A DNA stretch of 64,000 bases from Cycas panzhihuaensis (taxonomy: Eukaryota; Plantae; Cycadophyta), in contig CM041465.1 of NCBI GenBank assembly GCA_023213395.1, positions 87,427,741-87,491,740 of the forward strand, written 5' to 3'. Position 1 is the first letter of the stretch. Every line of letters begins with the position of its first letter. Below are positions 13,323-26,689 of this stretch, in pieces. A model generated the notes under the pieces. It searched no databases. It was not told where the DNA came from and saw only the letters and a program-made list of their open reading frames with translations. A program made the translations under genes and the position numbers.

Positions 13323-15771
13323 TAGAAGTGCACCTCTCGGAGGTCATCAGATGCAAGGGGATCAAGCCTATACAATCGGTAATTACAGGGCTAAAGGATC
13401 CCTAGAAGCAAAAGAAATGATTACCCACAAAGGGCGTCCGTACATCGGAACGCAGGTTCAAAGACCCGCAAATGGCACATAAACCTTCCCTTATGGTGAG
13501 CATCTTCTCAAATTTAAGATGGGTAAGGGGCTCCCTCAGTTTGTTAAGTAGCCTCAAAGGGACCCTCCTATCCTGAATGGTCGAGGAAGGAGAGTTGAGA
13601 TGAAAGGCACCTTTCCCAAGAAAGAGGGAACAAAGGAGGTACCATCGAGAGGATTCTCATACTACACCCTGTTACAGTACTGGTTTTTTTATCACTTTGG
13701 AGCGGTGGCACCATCGAGAGGACCACATCCCATCTCAGCACGAGCACCCATGGTCCACAAATGGCAGACTTAGTTTAGGGGGACCAAGGACTAGGTTCAT
13801 ATACAGAGGTCAGTGAAGGTGATTTCGCTCGACCTACTTACCCTAGCAAACTACCCAATCGACCCATATAGAGGGGTACACTGGGAGAGCGATGACATGA
13901 CAAGGGAGTTAGGAGATGACCCTGATGAGGACGGAGGTGATGATGGGGATGATAGGGTAGGCCCATCAGGAGCTATGGGAGGTGAGGCAGGTCCATCGAC
14001 GCCTGCGAGGGGAGGCAGGCCACTACACATGCTAGTAGACAGAGAGAGAGTAGTAGGTAGGGCTCCAGCGGCAACAATAGCAATGGTGGTAGTAGCAAAG
14101 GCAGTGATAGCTATGACCAAGGGGGTAGTAGAGGCATGAGGTGCTTTGATAGCCCAAGAAGGTAGGAAAGATAGTGCTAGAGGCAGAGGAAGGAGGAGCA
14201 ACAACTGAGGGAGCTCCTGCGGAGGAGGTAGTCGTCAGGGCTGAGGAATTGACCATCCCAAGAGGTGAGATACTGCCCTAACTCGACGTCTTTTCAATCA
14301 CTAGCTACTTAAATAGTTTACTTTGATTTGATTTAAATGCTTTCACATATATATTTGTTAGACTGACACGTGGTATTCATGGTTTGGTAGGCCTAGCAGA
14401 GATGATGAGGCTACTCAAGGTGGTAGTCAAGGAGTTATTTCTCCAGGTCTACGCAGAGGGACAACCTCCCATCCTAGCCAGCGAGGAGCCTCGATCGACG
14501 GGGGCATACAACAGCATTCCGCTGATCAGAGCTAGGGACATATGGGCAACAGAATCCTAGTGACACTAGGTGAGGACGGGGTAGTTGTAGGGTGAGCTAG
14601 ATGGACTTTGCATAGAGAGGGACCAGATAGCTACAAAGAGGGACGCCCTAAGAGGCCGGGTCTAGGCATTGGAGGCCCAGGGAAGAGGAGGAGCAGGTAG
14701 AGATACAGAGAGTCAGATCATGATCAATGTGCTAGAGGAGAGGCTCCGAGGAGTGAAGGGGAAGAGGAATTGTATCCAGGTGAGATACGATCAACTAGTA
14801 GAGCAAATCATCACTAGGTCGTCTTAGAGTAGATCTCACAAACATATGATGATGGCAACCCGGAGGAGGCCTCAAGAGAAGGAGAACAAGGCAGAGAGCT
14901 CACAGTAATGTCAGTAGAGCCTAGGACGCATGTGGTCTCCTAGTAAGGGGTCTCATAGGCAAGGAGATGATACCCCCTGAGGGCAAGGTGTCAAGGAGTT
15001 CTGATGTATTATTATTTTTGGGCAGGAAAGCACTGGACCTCCAGGGAGTCACACCATATGTAGGTATATGATTGTACTCCTCCTTGCAAGGATTTCAGCT
15101 TCTTAAGGCATGATGCTAAGATGATGTACTATATGACCTTGTATGATATGATTTGTGTGTATATAGATGGGAGCCAATTGGTATCCTATTTAACCTATGA
15201 TGATGGTATTATGATTCTGTTGTATTATTTATTTGTTTATGCATACATGCATGGAGGGATGGATGCATGTAAATATAGGTGCACGGGTACACGAGGGATT
15301 ATGCATTATGGTGTTTATTTAGATCATGTATGGATGAGACTCGTGTTTCTTTTCATGCAACACCATACTCGTAGCGGACACACACGACCACCATGTGTAT
15401 CAGTAATTGGTACGTATGAGGCTAGGAGAGGGAGAGCTATGCATGTCCATTGAGGGAGCATAACGGATATACAAAGGAAACAATGCCAAAAAAGGAATAT
15501 AGATACTCAAGCAAAAGGCCTTAATTGGGGTGCAATTCTAGGCTCAGGAGCAGGGAAAGTTTGCACACCCAACTAGGAAGAGAGAGGTTTTCCCCAAAAG
15601 CAAAAACAAAAGATGCAACGCAAGCAATGGAACTGTAAATAAAGGGCCACTCTTAGCTGCCATACCACCTGTGATTAGGGGGAATGGGGACATGCTTAGA
15701 GTGGTGGTTTAGGCTCATTTCAGAGTGAGAGGGAAAAGGGGTATACCTAATCTGCTTGGGAGTAGGGAAGG
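13323..15771 (-). mobile_element. Segment C: 3' end of a minus-strand Tat element (last ~320 bp of 3' LTR, internal deletion, 3' accessory region up to just after the pol stop)
   Basis: 13323-13640 is the reverse complement of D LTR end 60608-60924. 13654-15280 matches D 53275-54943 reversed. 15600-15771 matches A 25897-26050 reversed. Confidence 0.85.
13654..15000 (+). pseudogene. PMD-gene remnant of segment C (end of exon 2, intron 14265-14390, exon 3)
   Basis: ORF 13813-14139 nearly identical to D exon 2; donor AG|GTGAGA, branch CTGAC, acceptor TTTGGTAG. Confidence 0.7.
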
Positions 15772-18700
15772 TGTTTCCTGGCTACCGGGAATAGACATGG
15801 GCGACTCCACTTAGGTAAGTTCAGGTATGCTTCTATCTTTCGCTTTTGTCAGTCCCGGAAATGGTCGATCGAGGTATGTTACTTGCATTACATTATGATG
15901 GGTTGACTGCATGATCACTATGCATTGTTTGCCTGACCATATTGCATCTCGGCATCTTTTTAGCCTATGATAATCCGAGATACATATCCCATGGCGCTCC
16001 ACAAACCTCTGCACGTCTCCATGATGTCCCAAACTATCGCTGGCTCCTGCAACCCTTATTGCATCGTCTATTGGTATGACATAGCCCTTAGCATCTCGCC
16101 TAGGCCTAGTCGTCGCCTCGTGTACACCTTTTGTCACTTTTTAGGAGTATTTGACCATTATTTTTCTGCTTGTTGTGATCCCCCTAAGTCTCATAACCTC
16201 CTTGCTACCTAGATACTGCAGCATGCCCCTTAGGGTTTAGGATTTCGCCCCTTTTTGGGAGCTTCCAGGCTCCCCCACTCTTCTTTTTACCTTACTTTTG
16301 CCTACACCATGGTAAACTTCGTGGTACCACTGCAAACTTCACAGTACCATTAAGTTTATCACAGGGCAACTGTTTATAACTTTTTCTTTTAAACTGCTTG
16401 TGACTAATTTCATATTATTTGCAAAATTACCACATGGCAGTGACTTGACTCCTGCCCAGGGGAAATCCTAATCGCTCGTTGAGCTAGGGTTGGGTTAAAA
16501 AACCCAAAATTCACTTTATTTTGGTCTATTTTCATCCATTTTTTACTACTCTCTTCTCCAAAAAATGCCCTATAACAGACTCAAGCTCTGCACCGATCGA
16601 CAATCCAGCCCCTTGCAGCTCAAAAAACGTAGGTTGCAAGTTTGAAATAAGGCTGGCTAAAGAAGGATCGCGCTCCAACTGCCTCACCAAGCTTCGGTTC
16701 TCCTTTTGCTCAAGGTTTTGTTCTCCATTTGTTGCACTACAGGGGTTTCCTCCAGCAAACCCCAAAGGACCCTTTTCTTCACCCGACTTGCTAGGTAGAT
16801 CTGCTTTAGTTCAGCCTTTACCAGGTACTCTCAGATCAATCCTTTGATTTCCTTTTTGGATAGCATAGGTTCTCTTCCACTAGTGCTTCTTGCAGTAAGT
16901 TTCTTTCTTCTTTTCTCTATTGTATCGGGAGGCAAAGCCTCCCTCTTGTTGGCCTGTCCACGTCCCCTCTCTTGGCTCTCTTTGGGTTCTTCAAGGAGGC
17001 GGAGAAGAGGGTTATCTGCAGAGTGAAAGGAGCCATAGGCAGGGTCCTGCATCCAACACGCCTTCTCCTCAAGGGCAGCCCTCTTCTCTCCTCCCCTCTC
17101 CTTCTCCATACCTCCCTTGATTTCCCGGAGAACCATTGAGGAGAAGATCTTTGTTGGTGGCAGCATAGGCAGCCTATTGCTGCGTTTGTAACCAACCATC
17201 GAAGATCCTACACAGCCTGGTTTCTGGCCCTATAATATACCTCTTTAGCTCAAGGGTTAGTTCTTACAAAAACCTGCAGAAGCTACACTTTGTAACTTTT
17301 GTAACCCCTTTACCATTTTTGTCTTCTTTCACAAAAACCTGTTCGCACTTGTTATTGGGTTGTTTCACTCTCTTTACCCTTTGTCTTGGTACTTGGGGAT
17401 AGCATGGAGTATTTCAGATTTGGAGGATTAGCCATCCCGAGGTTACCTACTTTTCTCCTTTTCAGCCCCCTTCCCACATCGCACAATTGATTGTACATGC
17501 AAAACAAGGAATAGTATTAACATTGAATGCTCTTCCTTTTAAAAGAGATACACACATTTTGCCATATTTCCTTGCACATACTTATCCTCGCATGCATTGA
17601 GTGCCCATTGGGAAAGGGCGAGCTTTGTTTGTGCAAGTTTCCTTGCATTTGGAGCAAGCGAGGATCTTCATCCCAGGTATGCTCCTCTTTCACTTAGCAG
17701 TTGCTTTTCTGACACTTTAAAAAATTGCAAAGTAAAGTCATTTTAGTGTTTCCATTTCCTTTCTTTGCATATTCCTTTTGTTTTGATTTTGGGGGAAGGT
17801 AAGGAAGCCCCCTCCTTTTTGCCAACATCCTTTTCGTTACGCCACCCACAGTAAGGGGAAGGGCAAGGATCATGAAAGTGGTGAGGGTAGTGCTACCCCG
17901 ACCGTTGTATTTCTGGGTACGTCTCTCTCCCTAGTCTTCCTACTCTTATCCTTTACTCCCCTTTTCTTGTATACCCCTAGACAAAAGGAAAAGAAAAGGA
18001 TTACGTTGTTTTATACTTTATTGGTTGTTTCTTGCTTACCCATTTAAATTCATATAGTTGGGGATTTAGTCAGCTCGCATCGGTAGGTGTTTGCCTTCTC
18101 TTTTGACATACACATATCCACTTATTTACTCCTTTCATAAGAGCCTTCACCCTTACCAAAGCTAAGGTAAGGCAGGCAGGAACTTATCCGTACACGCTCT
18201 AGTCCCCTTATTGCATATCACGAAATAGCTTTGCATCTCTTGTTTTAACTTTTTACCTACTTAGCAATTTACTTGTTTTCTTTCCTTGCATATGAAAGAA
18301 TAAAGAGAGCAAGGTTGCATCTAGGGAGAGAGAGGAAGAATATAGTGTTTTCTTTTAAAGTCATTTCTTGCATACACAAGCACGACATTTCCATTTCATA
18401 TCTCTCTTTCATATAATAAAAGAAAGACAAACATAAGACAACACCCTTTATCAATCATTCATACCTAGAACCTCCTTAGGTATTGTGCTTTGAGAGGACC
18501 TCCTCTCAAGGGTGCTTTTTCCCTTCTTTCTTTGTTTCCTCAAGCTAGACCTCTTAGGTCTCGTCCTTTGGTCGACGCTTAGTTTATGGACTAATTGCTC
18601 TCTTGTCTACTCGTGTTGCACGCCGCCTTAGGCTTGCACGTGAGTTTCTCCCTCTTTCTACTAAGGGTCATTTCCTTTGTTACCTCTTCACGTAAGGAGG

Positions 18701-19000
18701 TATTCCCTCGCTTCCTTCCTCCCCTTCTCCGGCCATCCAGGATGAGAGTGCCCCCTTTCAAGGTTACTTAGGAAACTGAGGAGATCACTCTTTCACCCGT
18801 TACTCCAAATCAAGGAGGAGTTTCCCAAAAGCAGTTTGTGTGCCATTAGCAAGTTCTTGAACCTATGTTCTGATGCATAGACGCCCTTTGTGGGTGACCT
18901 CTTTTCCTTGTTCATGTAGGTCCATAGTCACCCAAGCCGTTAGTAGTGTTGGCTTCACCTCACTCAAGTTAAGTGACCCCCACCCATAGGTGCGATTCCA
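15772..19000 (+). repeat. 5' LTR of A (3229 bp, TG...CA)
   Basis: Begins TGTTTCC at the same point as the post-PPT copy at 31418; ends GATTCCA just before the PBS; colinear with 31418-34296. Confidence 0.9.
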
Positions 19001-19001
19001 C

Positions 19002-19019
19002 TGGTGACTATACTAGGGA
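19002..19019 (+). promoter_or_regulatory. PBS of A, tRNA-Arg-like
   Basis: TGGTGACTATACTAGGGA one base after LTR CA; resembles the Ogre/Tat tRNA-Arg PBS TGGCGACTCCACTGGGGA. Confidence 0.75.
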
Positions 19020-19189
19020 CTCACTAGTAAGGGATTAGTCCTTCTCCCTGATCTATTGGTGCTACCTCCTTTTTGGTAGCTCTCCTTGATTTGTTGGGCA
19101 GTGCCCAACGCTTATCACCTTACCATCTCCTTTTTCTTCCAATATTTAGGTGGAACTTGTATGCAACAATTCTCCTGTCGTCTACAAGG

Positions 19190-22100
19190 CCTTCCCCCTT
19201 CGTTAGAAGACTCCCCTTACCATCCTCTTCCATCATTGGATTCTAAATCGACCATGGAAGGATTTCCTTTAGATTGGGCATATCACGCCTATGCGTCTGA
19301 GTTACATCAGCCATCCACTTCTTTCCAAGGGCTTTCCCAAGAGGGTGAGGACCCTGTCTTCTACCCGAGTGGTTAAGAGTACCCATAAGTCCACCACCTC
19401 TCCACTCATGAGGTGGAGGTATCTTCTCCCTTAGAGTACCACCACTTTGGTGGCGATTCTTATTAGGACTTCCCTGTGGGGTCAACCTCGTATGAGGACC
19501 CTTCCACCACATATGATTAGGTAGATACCCCTCTGCGAATGTGGTGGAAGCCCTTAACCAGTGCTTCCAAGCCGCTAGCCTCCAATCACATTCTAAGTGG
19601 TTGGATAATATCCTGCAAAGCATAGCACTTCCTTCTTCCACATCCACACCACCTCATCCATCTCGTTCGACCTCCTTACCTACAACGAGGATATCCCTTC
19701 TTTCATATTCTCCTCTTTGTGGTTCATGTTCCTTAGGGACCACCCAAGGTATATCCTCTTCCTAACTCCAGTTGAGTATGCCTCCCTCTAACTAAACAAC
19801 TATGCCCCAACCAACTGTAGTTTATCCTCCTCCCATTAGATATAGGGGAACCATATATGCCCTTACATCTAGCTGCGTGGGATCGATCCCCACACATACC
19901 CAAGCTCAACTAATGGACCCTTCCATTTACGTGCCTCCAGGTTATACTTCCCAATCGTGGGGGCACAGTAAAGGGAATCTCCTTCTTATTTATTGAGTGG
20001 ATCTTTTACATCTGTATGGTATCGCACCACCTATAGGTAGCCCATATGAGCAAAATTCGATCCTGCACCCTTCTATTCCCCCATCTTACGCTCCTTCTTA
20101 TGTGGCGCCTTTGCATAGAGGACAAGCCCCCTCCTAAGGTGCCCCCTCTCATATTCCCTTTCAGTAAGGGGCGTATCCTCAAGGAGGGATAGGTCCCTTA
20201 CACCCATCCACTCCTCTTCCAATTCCTTTGAATGCAGGATTTGTTCCCTCCCATCAAATGGGAGGAAGTGCGTATCCCCTTCTGAACCAAGTCTCGCAAG
20301 GAGGATTCAGGCAACCTTGCCCACCTCTTCTTCCATCTTTTGTTGACCCTATGGTCCAATCAAGGGCACGCCCCTTCATGGATTATAGATCAACTCCTTT
20401 ATCTATCGAGGCGCTAAGAGTCAACTTACTGCCTCACCCTCCCGAGGTACCCAAATTCGATGAGACCTCTTCGCAAGACCCAATAGAACATGTTAAAATT
20501 TTTTCCATGGTGTGCATCGATTATTGGGCATACGACCATATCTTAATGAAACTCTTCCCATGCTCTCTCTAAGGCAATGCTCTTAAATGGTTCTATCACC
20601 TTCCAGTGCACTCTATCTACTCATTCCAACAACTCATTGATGCATTCATCAATTATTTTGATGTAGCTTGTCCCTTCGAGAGAAGAATGAAGGCTCTCCT
20701 GTCTCTTAAACAAGATCACGATGAGATGAATCGTGACTTTATGAGATGCTTCCACGATCTTCTCCACTCCACAAAGGCAACCTTGCCTAAGGAGTTAAAG
20801 AGAGATCTCTTTGTTAATACCCTTCACCCTGAAGTCCATGTTGAAGTCCTCAAAATAAGAGTGATAACGTGCGACTCCACCATAGCCAAGTGTTTGGCTC
20901 TTGAGGCCATTAAGATCCAGGCAGGTTCAAGAAGCCTCTTAGGTCCTCACAACAGCGTGACGCACCTCCTCCGCCTCGCGATATCAAAGTTCAATAGCCC
21001 CCTAGGTCTTCGTCTCATCCAACAGAGAAGACCTTAGATCCCTTGACCTCTGCTATACGTTCTTTCGAACATACCATAAAGGAGCTTAAACTCCAAGCCC
21101 CTTTATCACCCACTTCTCACAGACCCGTCCATTAAGACTCTGAAGCCGCACCTCCCAAGGGTGATAACACTCAACCTTCTCAAACAAGGAAGACAGATTT
21201 TCCCTTAGAGAAGAAGTGGTGTTCTATTCATGAGGAATGCTTTCACAAAGACTCACAATGTAAGGCTTAACACCTTAAGGCCGCCCCACAACATGACTCT
21301 TCCCCTAAACAGGGGAAATCATCTAGAGCCAATCTAGACCAACTCGTCCATAAGGATCCTTTCCCCAAACATGGGGAATATGATTACAACACTCAACCAA
21401 AAGGCAATCAAAATAGAGGAAGGTCTCCTAACCCTTACCCTACACAAGTTAAAAGGAAAGGTATTAGGAACTCTTCCTCTTCTTTGGGTTCTCCCAACCA
21501 CTGAACTCTTTCCCCCTCTTGATCTTGAAACAAGGGAAAGAGGGTCATTTAAATGCTTGAGACCACTCTGTTATATGCCTTGACTTAGTCCCAAGTAGCC
21601 AAAGAAGCCACCGATGCTTCTTCTTCCACCCTTATCTTGATCCTCCTCTGGAAGTCCCTCCTCTAGAAATTCCTACACTTCCTAAGACCATTCTCGTGTG
21701 CCCTGGTCATTGCAATTTCTGAAGGGTGCTTCCCCAACCTACCGCGAAGGGGAAGCCCTTCTCCATCGTTAATGAGCTTCACACCGTGGCCGCGGGGATG
21801 TCCATGATGGACGTATTGAGAAGTCAGAAGCAAAGGTGCTCTTCTCCTAAAAACCTTAGGATTGGTTGACGCTTCGGTTCACACCTTGGGTGTTACCGTA
21901 AGCCGCAAACCCATTATCTCTTTCGATCCTAAGGATCTTCTCTCAATTGGTGAAAGGGAACGTTAATGGTGCTACCCCTTCACCATAACTATAGACACAC
22001 CAGAATACACCCTTCGAAGGACCGTTATAGATAATGGTCCTTTTGTTAATACTATGGTCTTGTGCATCATGCAAGAGCTTAGCATATCAGCCCTTAAATC

Positions 22101-25100
22101 GGTCCCATGGTAGTGTCAAGGCTATGATGGTAGCAAAACGACACCCTTAGGGTCAGTTTCTATTCCCCCCACTCTCGAGGACAAAACTATCCTCACTGAT
22201 ATTATAGTCCTTGATGTAGACGTGGACTACAACCTCTTATTGGGACGCCTATGGCTCGACCAAATGGGAGTTGTGTGCTTGTCTTATTGGGGGCAACTTA
22301 AATTCATCCATGAGGGACTAATGAGGGTTGTCCTCTGGGAGCCTCCTCCTACCAAACAACCACGTCAACTCCGTCAAGTGGTTTGCGACAAGGTGAAGGG
22401 TGATAAGGGCCCTTCCGCCCATGCTTCCGCTTGTTCTATCAACATTCCTGGTTCACCTTACTTGAAAGAAGGTCCTTCCCCTTCTTCCTTGAACCTTATC
22501 TGCTTCGCCCCTATTGTTGTAGGGAGCTATGGGTACCTCACTGTGCTTAATGATGATGAGTCTGACAGTGAGGATGAGGACCCCTCTCATCCCATATCCC
22601 TCTTAAATATGAGTAGGGGGCACTCTCTTTGTTTCAGGTCCCAACTTGAAACCTCTTCCATCGAGGAGTCTAGTCCTCCTCTCGATTCACATATCATTGC
22701 TCCCTGCCTCGTGCAATCTCCTATATCACCTTATCTTCTACTTCATCACCCTCCACAAGTGATGAGGCAAGGGAACCTCTTGTTACCTATCACAAGAGGT
22801 CACCTTCCAACTCTTCTAAAGAGTCCCTTGAGTACATTGAGTGGTGGGTTGACCACTATAGTCCCACTACTTCTACTCCTCGCCCCTCATTTTCTCGAAG
22901 TGTGATCATCCATAAGATAGATTGCTTCGAGGATGACAGGGCCTTACTAGAGCACTTAATGGGTTCCATGCCCAATATCCTCCCTGGTCACCATAAACTT
23001 GGTTACCAGAAGATCTTAGCTATTGGATCACCTCTAGCTGACCCAAACCTATCTTCTTCTTCTTCAAGCCCTCCTGTTGACCGAGCCTCCCTTCACTTTG
23101 AGGAAGGGAATGCCATATGTATAGGGGCAACCAAGGATATCATCCTTGCTCCTGGTAAGGTCATTAAGGTGGGAGCGAAATGTTCCCATGACAAAATGAA
23201 GGAATACACCCTTCTCTTCCAAGAATTCTGTGATATTTTTTCGTGGGACTACTCTAATATGAAGGGAATAGACCCTTCTATTGTCACACATAACCTCACC
23301 ACTATTCTAGGTGCTCACCCCATGTGGCAAAAACAACACCCTCTTCACCCAAAACTTTCAACTGTTGTGAAGATGGAAGTTGAGAAACTCCTAGACGCAA
23401 GGTTAATCACTTCCATCGACTACCCCAAGTGGATGTCTAACATCATTTCTATTGCTAAAAAGAACTGAACAATTAGGATATGAATTGACTTTTGTAACAT
23501 CAATAATACATATCCTAAGGCTAACTTTCCTCTCCCCTTCATCGATTAGATAATCGATCGAATGACTAGATTTGAAGTCATGTCCTTAATGGATGACTTC
23601 TTAGGATAAAACCAAATCTAAATCTCCCCTAAATCGTCATAAAATGGCCTTTACCACTCCTTGGGGCACCTTCGCCTACAAGGTGATGCCATTTAGGCTT
23701 AAAAATATAGGTACCACTTATCAAAGGGTGATGCAATTTGGCTTTCACAACCTCATTAACAAAACCCTTGAGGTTTTTATGGATAACATGATGGTCCTTT
23801 TATGCGTAAGGGCCCACCATCTTAGCGATTTGCGAGCCATCTTCATATGATGTCGCAAATACCATGTAAGCCTAAATCCTCTTAAGTGTGTGTTTGCTGT
23901 ATCGGCTGGCAAACTCCTTGGTTTCTTTATTTTAAAACAAGGAATCCAAATCGACCCTCACAAAGTCAAGGCCATCCTTGACATGCCTCCTCCTAAGACC
24001 CAACGACAAATCAAGTCATTCTTAAGTAGATTAGGCTTCCTTAGGCGTTTCTTAGTGAATTTGCCATAAATGCAAAACCCCTCACCAACCTATTTAAGAA
24101 AGGGGTCCCATTTGTTTGGACTCCGAAGGCCCAGGACGCCTTCAAGGAGCTCAAGAGAGCTTTGCCTTCCACCTTGACTTTGGCGTCCCCTCTCTTCAAT
24201 AGGCCTTTCATCCTTTATACCTCATCCATCAATGAATCCTTAGGCACCATGCTCGCCCAAGAGGATGACTCGGGAAACAAGAGAGCCATCTACTTCATCA
24301 GCCACACCCTAGTTAGTGATGAGCTTAATTACTCTACCACCGAGAAGGAATGTCTCTCATTGATGCACACTACCAAGAAGTTTAGGTACTACTTGCTCAG
24401 AAACACTACTCGAGTGATCATTCAATCTGATCCTTTGAGGTGTTTGCTAATTCGATCTGACTTGACAGGTAGGACTAGCAAGTGGGCCGTGCTCGTTCAA
24501 AATTTGATCTCCAAATCGTTAATAGGAAATCAAAGAAGGGGATGGTGGTTGTCGAATAACTTGTTGACGCCCCCATCCCAAACTCTTCTAATGCTCCTGT
24601 TGATGATTCCTTGCTTGACGAGCCTGTTCTGGCTATTCAGGACTTGTCTCTTCACCTATTGACTGATAGTAAGTGGTATGGGGATATTGTACGATATCTC
24701 ACAGAGTGGCAGTATCGCCTCGATGCGAGCAACAATGTTAGGTCACGTATTTGGGCTAATACTAGGTACTAGTTCCTCATGGAAGAGGTATTGTATAAGA
24801 GGTCTTTTGACAGGATCCTTCTCCACTGCATTAGTCATGATGAGGCGGGCCAAATACTTTGCAAATGCCATAGCGACATCTGTGGGGGCCATTTTAGAGG
24901 CCAATCCATGGCCCAAAGGATCCTTCGCATGGGCTATTATTGGCTATTCCTCTTTAAGGATGCCCATGTCTATGCCCTGTAATGTCATTGGTGTCAAGAG
25001 CATGCCAACATCATCCACTTGCCTTCTGAGGCCTTGCACCTAGTCATATCTCCATGGCCTTTATCTCAATGGGGATTAGACCTCATTGGGACCATAACAA

Positions 25101-25896
25101 GTTTATCTTGACTGTGACGGAATACTTTACTAAATGGGCCGAAGTAGTGCCCTAATCCTCTACTTCTGGCAAGATGGTAGTCACCTTCGTCTATAAGCAT
25201 ATTATTTGTCGATTCGTGGTCCCTGACGTCTTGGTCACAGATAACGAAACCCCTTTTCGTAATAAGGAAATGGACAAACTTTGCAAGAAATTTAAGATAT
25301 CTCACAAAACTTCCTGTCCCTATTACCCCCAGGCCAATGGCTAAATGGAATCTTTTAACAAAACCCTTATAAGCATCCTAAAGAAAACCATCATCCAATC
25401 TCAAAAGGATTGGCATCTTCAACTTCCTTTTGCCCTATGGGCGTATCGTACTTCCATCCACATAGCTACAGGGATGACCCCATTCTCCCTTGTGTATAGA
25501 ATTGAGGCGGTCCTCCTGTTGGAAGTTGAAATCCCATCCTTGCGAGTTCCCCTTCGGGGTCTTGTTGATGAGGAGTCCTACCGTTAGGCCTGTCTCCTAG
25601 ATATCGAAGCCATAGATAAGAAACGTTAGACTGCTTACCAAGCAAACCTCGCCTTTAAAGCTAGGGCACAAAGAATGTATGACAAATGCCTTTGCCCCCA
25701 CCCTTTGCATCCTGGGGACAATATCCTCAAGTTGGAATATCTCCATGATTGTTTGTCCAAATTCAGACCTAAGTAGGTTGGTCTTATTTTCGTTCTCGAA
25801 AGCCTTGATAACGATGCCTATAGGATCACAGCCTTGGAGGGTCTTGAATTTGAGAAAGCCATCAATGGTAGGTTCTTAAAGAAATTCTATGTGTGA
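19190..25896 (+). pseudogene. gag-pol pseudogene of A (Pro-rich extension, capsid, Cys/His knuckle, protease, RT, RNase H, integrase)
   Basis: Capsid DPIEHVKIF..LMKLFP; KKWCSIHEECFHKDSQC ~21210; protease VIDNG ~22025; RT AFTTPWGTFAYKVMPF..EVFMDN; RH ILYTSSINESLGTML..YSTTEKEC; INT H-GGH..WPLSQWGLD..YYPQANG..WAYRT; stop TGA 25894-25896. Many stops; start approximate. Confidence 0.92.
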
Positions 25897-26689
25897 CCTA
25901 TCCCTATCCCTGTGTAGGCTTGGTGCACCGCTTCTCTCTTCTTGCTCCGAAATAAGCTTAAACTACCCCTCTAAGCACGTCCCCATTCTCCCAACCATAG
26001 GTGGAATGGAAGCTTAGGGTGGCTTTCCTATCTTTGTAGTTCTTGTCTATGGCACCTTTTGTTGCTCTCTTGTGGGAAACCTTTCTTCCTAGTTAGACGC
26101 ATACGTTTCCATCGCTCTCGAGCTCAAAATCGCACTTCGACTAGGACCGCATGCTTGAGTATTCGTACTCTTTCTTTGTCATCACTTCCCTTACATATCT
26201 GCTATGCTCTTTCGATGGACATGTATGGCTCTCCATCTCCTAGCCTCACATGTATCTATCACCTACATTCATGGTGGTCATGTGTGCCCGCTACAAGTAT
26301 GGTCCTACATGAAAGAAAGTATGGCCATCACCCAGAGAATCTAATAACAGAAACTATATAACAATAAACTAATATCGTCATGGTGCATAGTCTCTCATGC
26401 ACTCATGCACCTGTGTCTACATACACATAAACATGTATACATATAAACATATGAACAAATAAGAAATAAATGCAACATCATAAAAGCATCATAACATCAT
26501 CATCGTGGATCAAATGGGGTGCCAATGGGCCCCCATATATATACATAATGAATCATATCATATAAAACAATATAGTACATCATCCTCGAGAAGCTGGAAT
26601 CCTTGCAGGGAGGAGTACAATCATATGACAACATATGATGTCTCCTTGGAGGTCTAGTGCTTTCTCAATCAAAACTAATAATGTCCTAC

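Noticed and set aside
13851-14256. Ser/Thr/Pro-rich 'arabinogalactan/mucin-like' ORFs (also 27434-27811, 54254-54716)
   Set aside because: Opposite-strand shadows of the Gly/Glu/Val-rich linker in PMD exon 2.
16521-17199. 100-120-aa ORFs inside the LTR of A
   Set aside because: No recognisable domain, not kept open in the other LTR copies, and explained by purine/pyrimidine strand bias.
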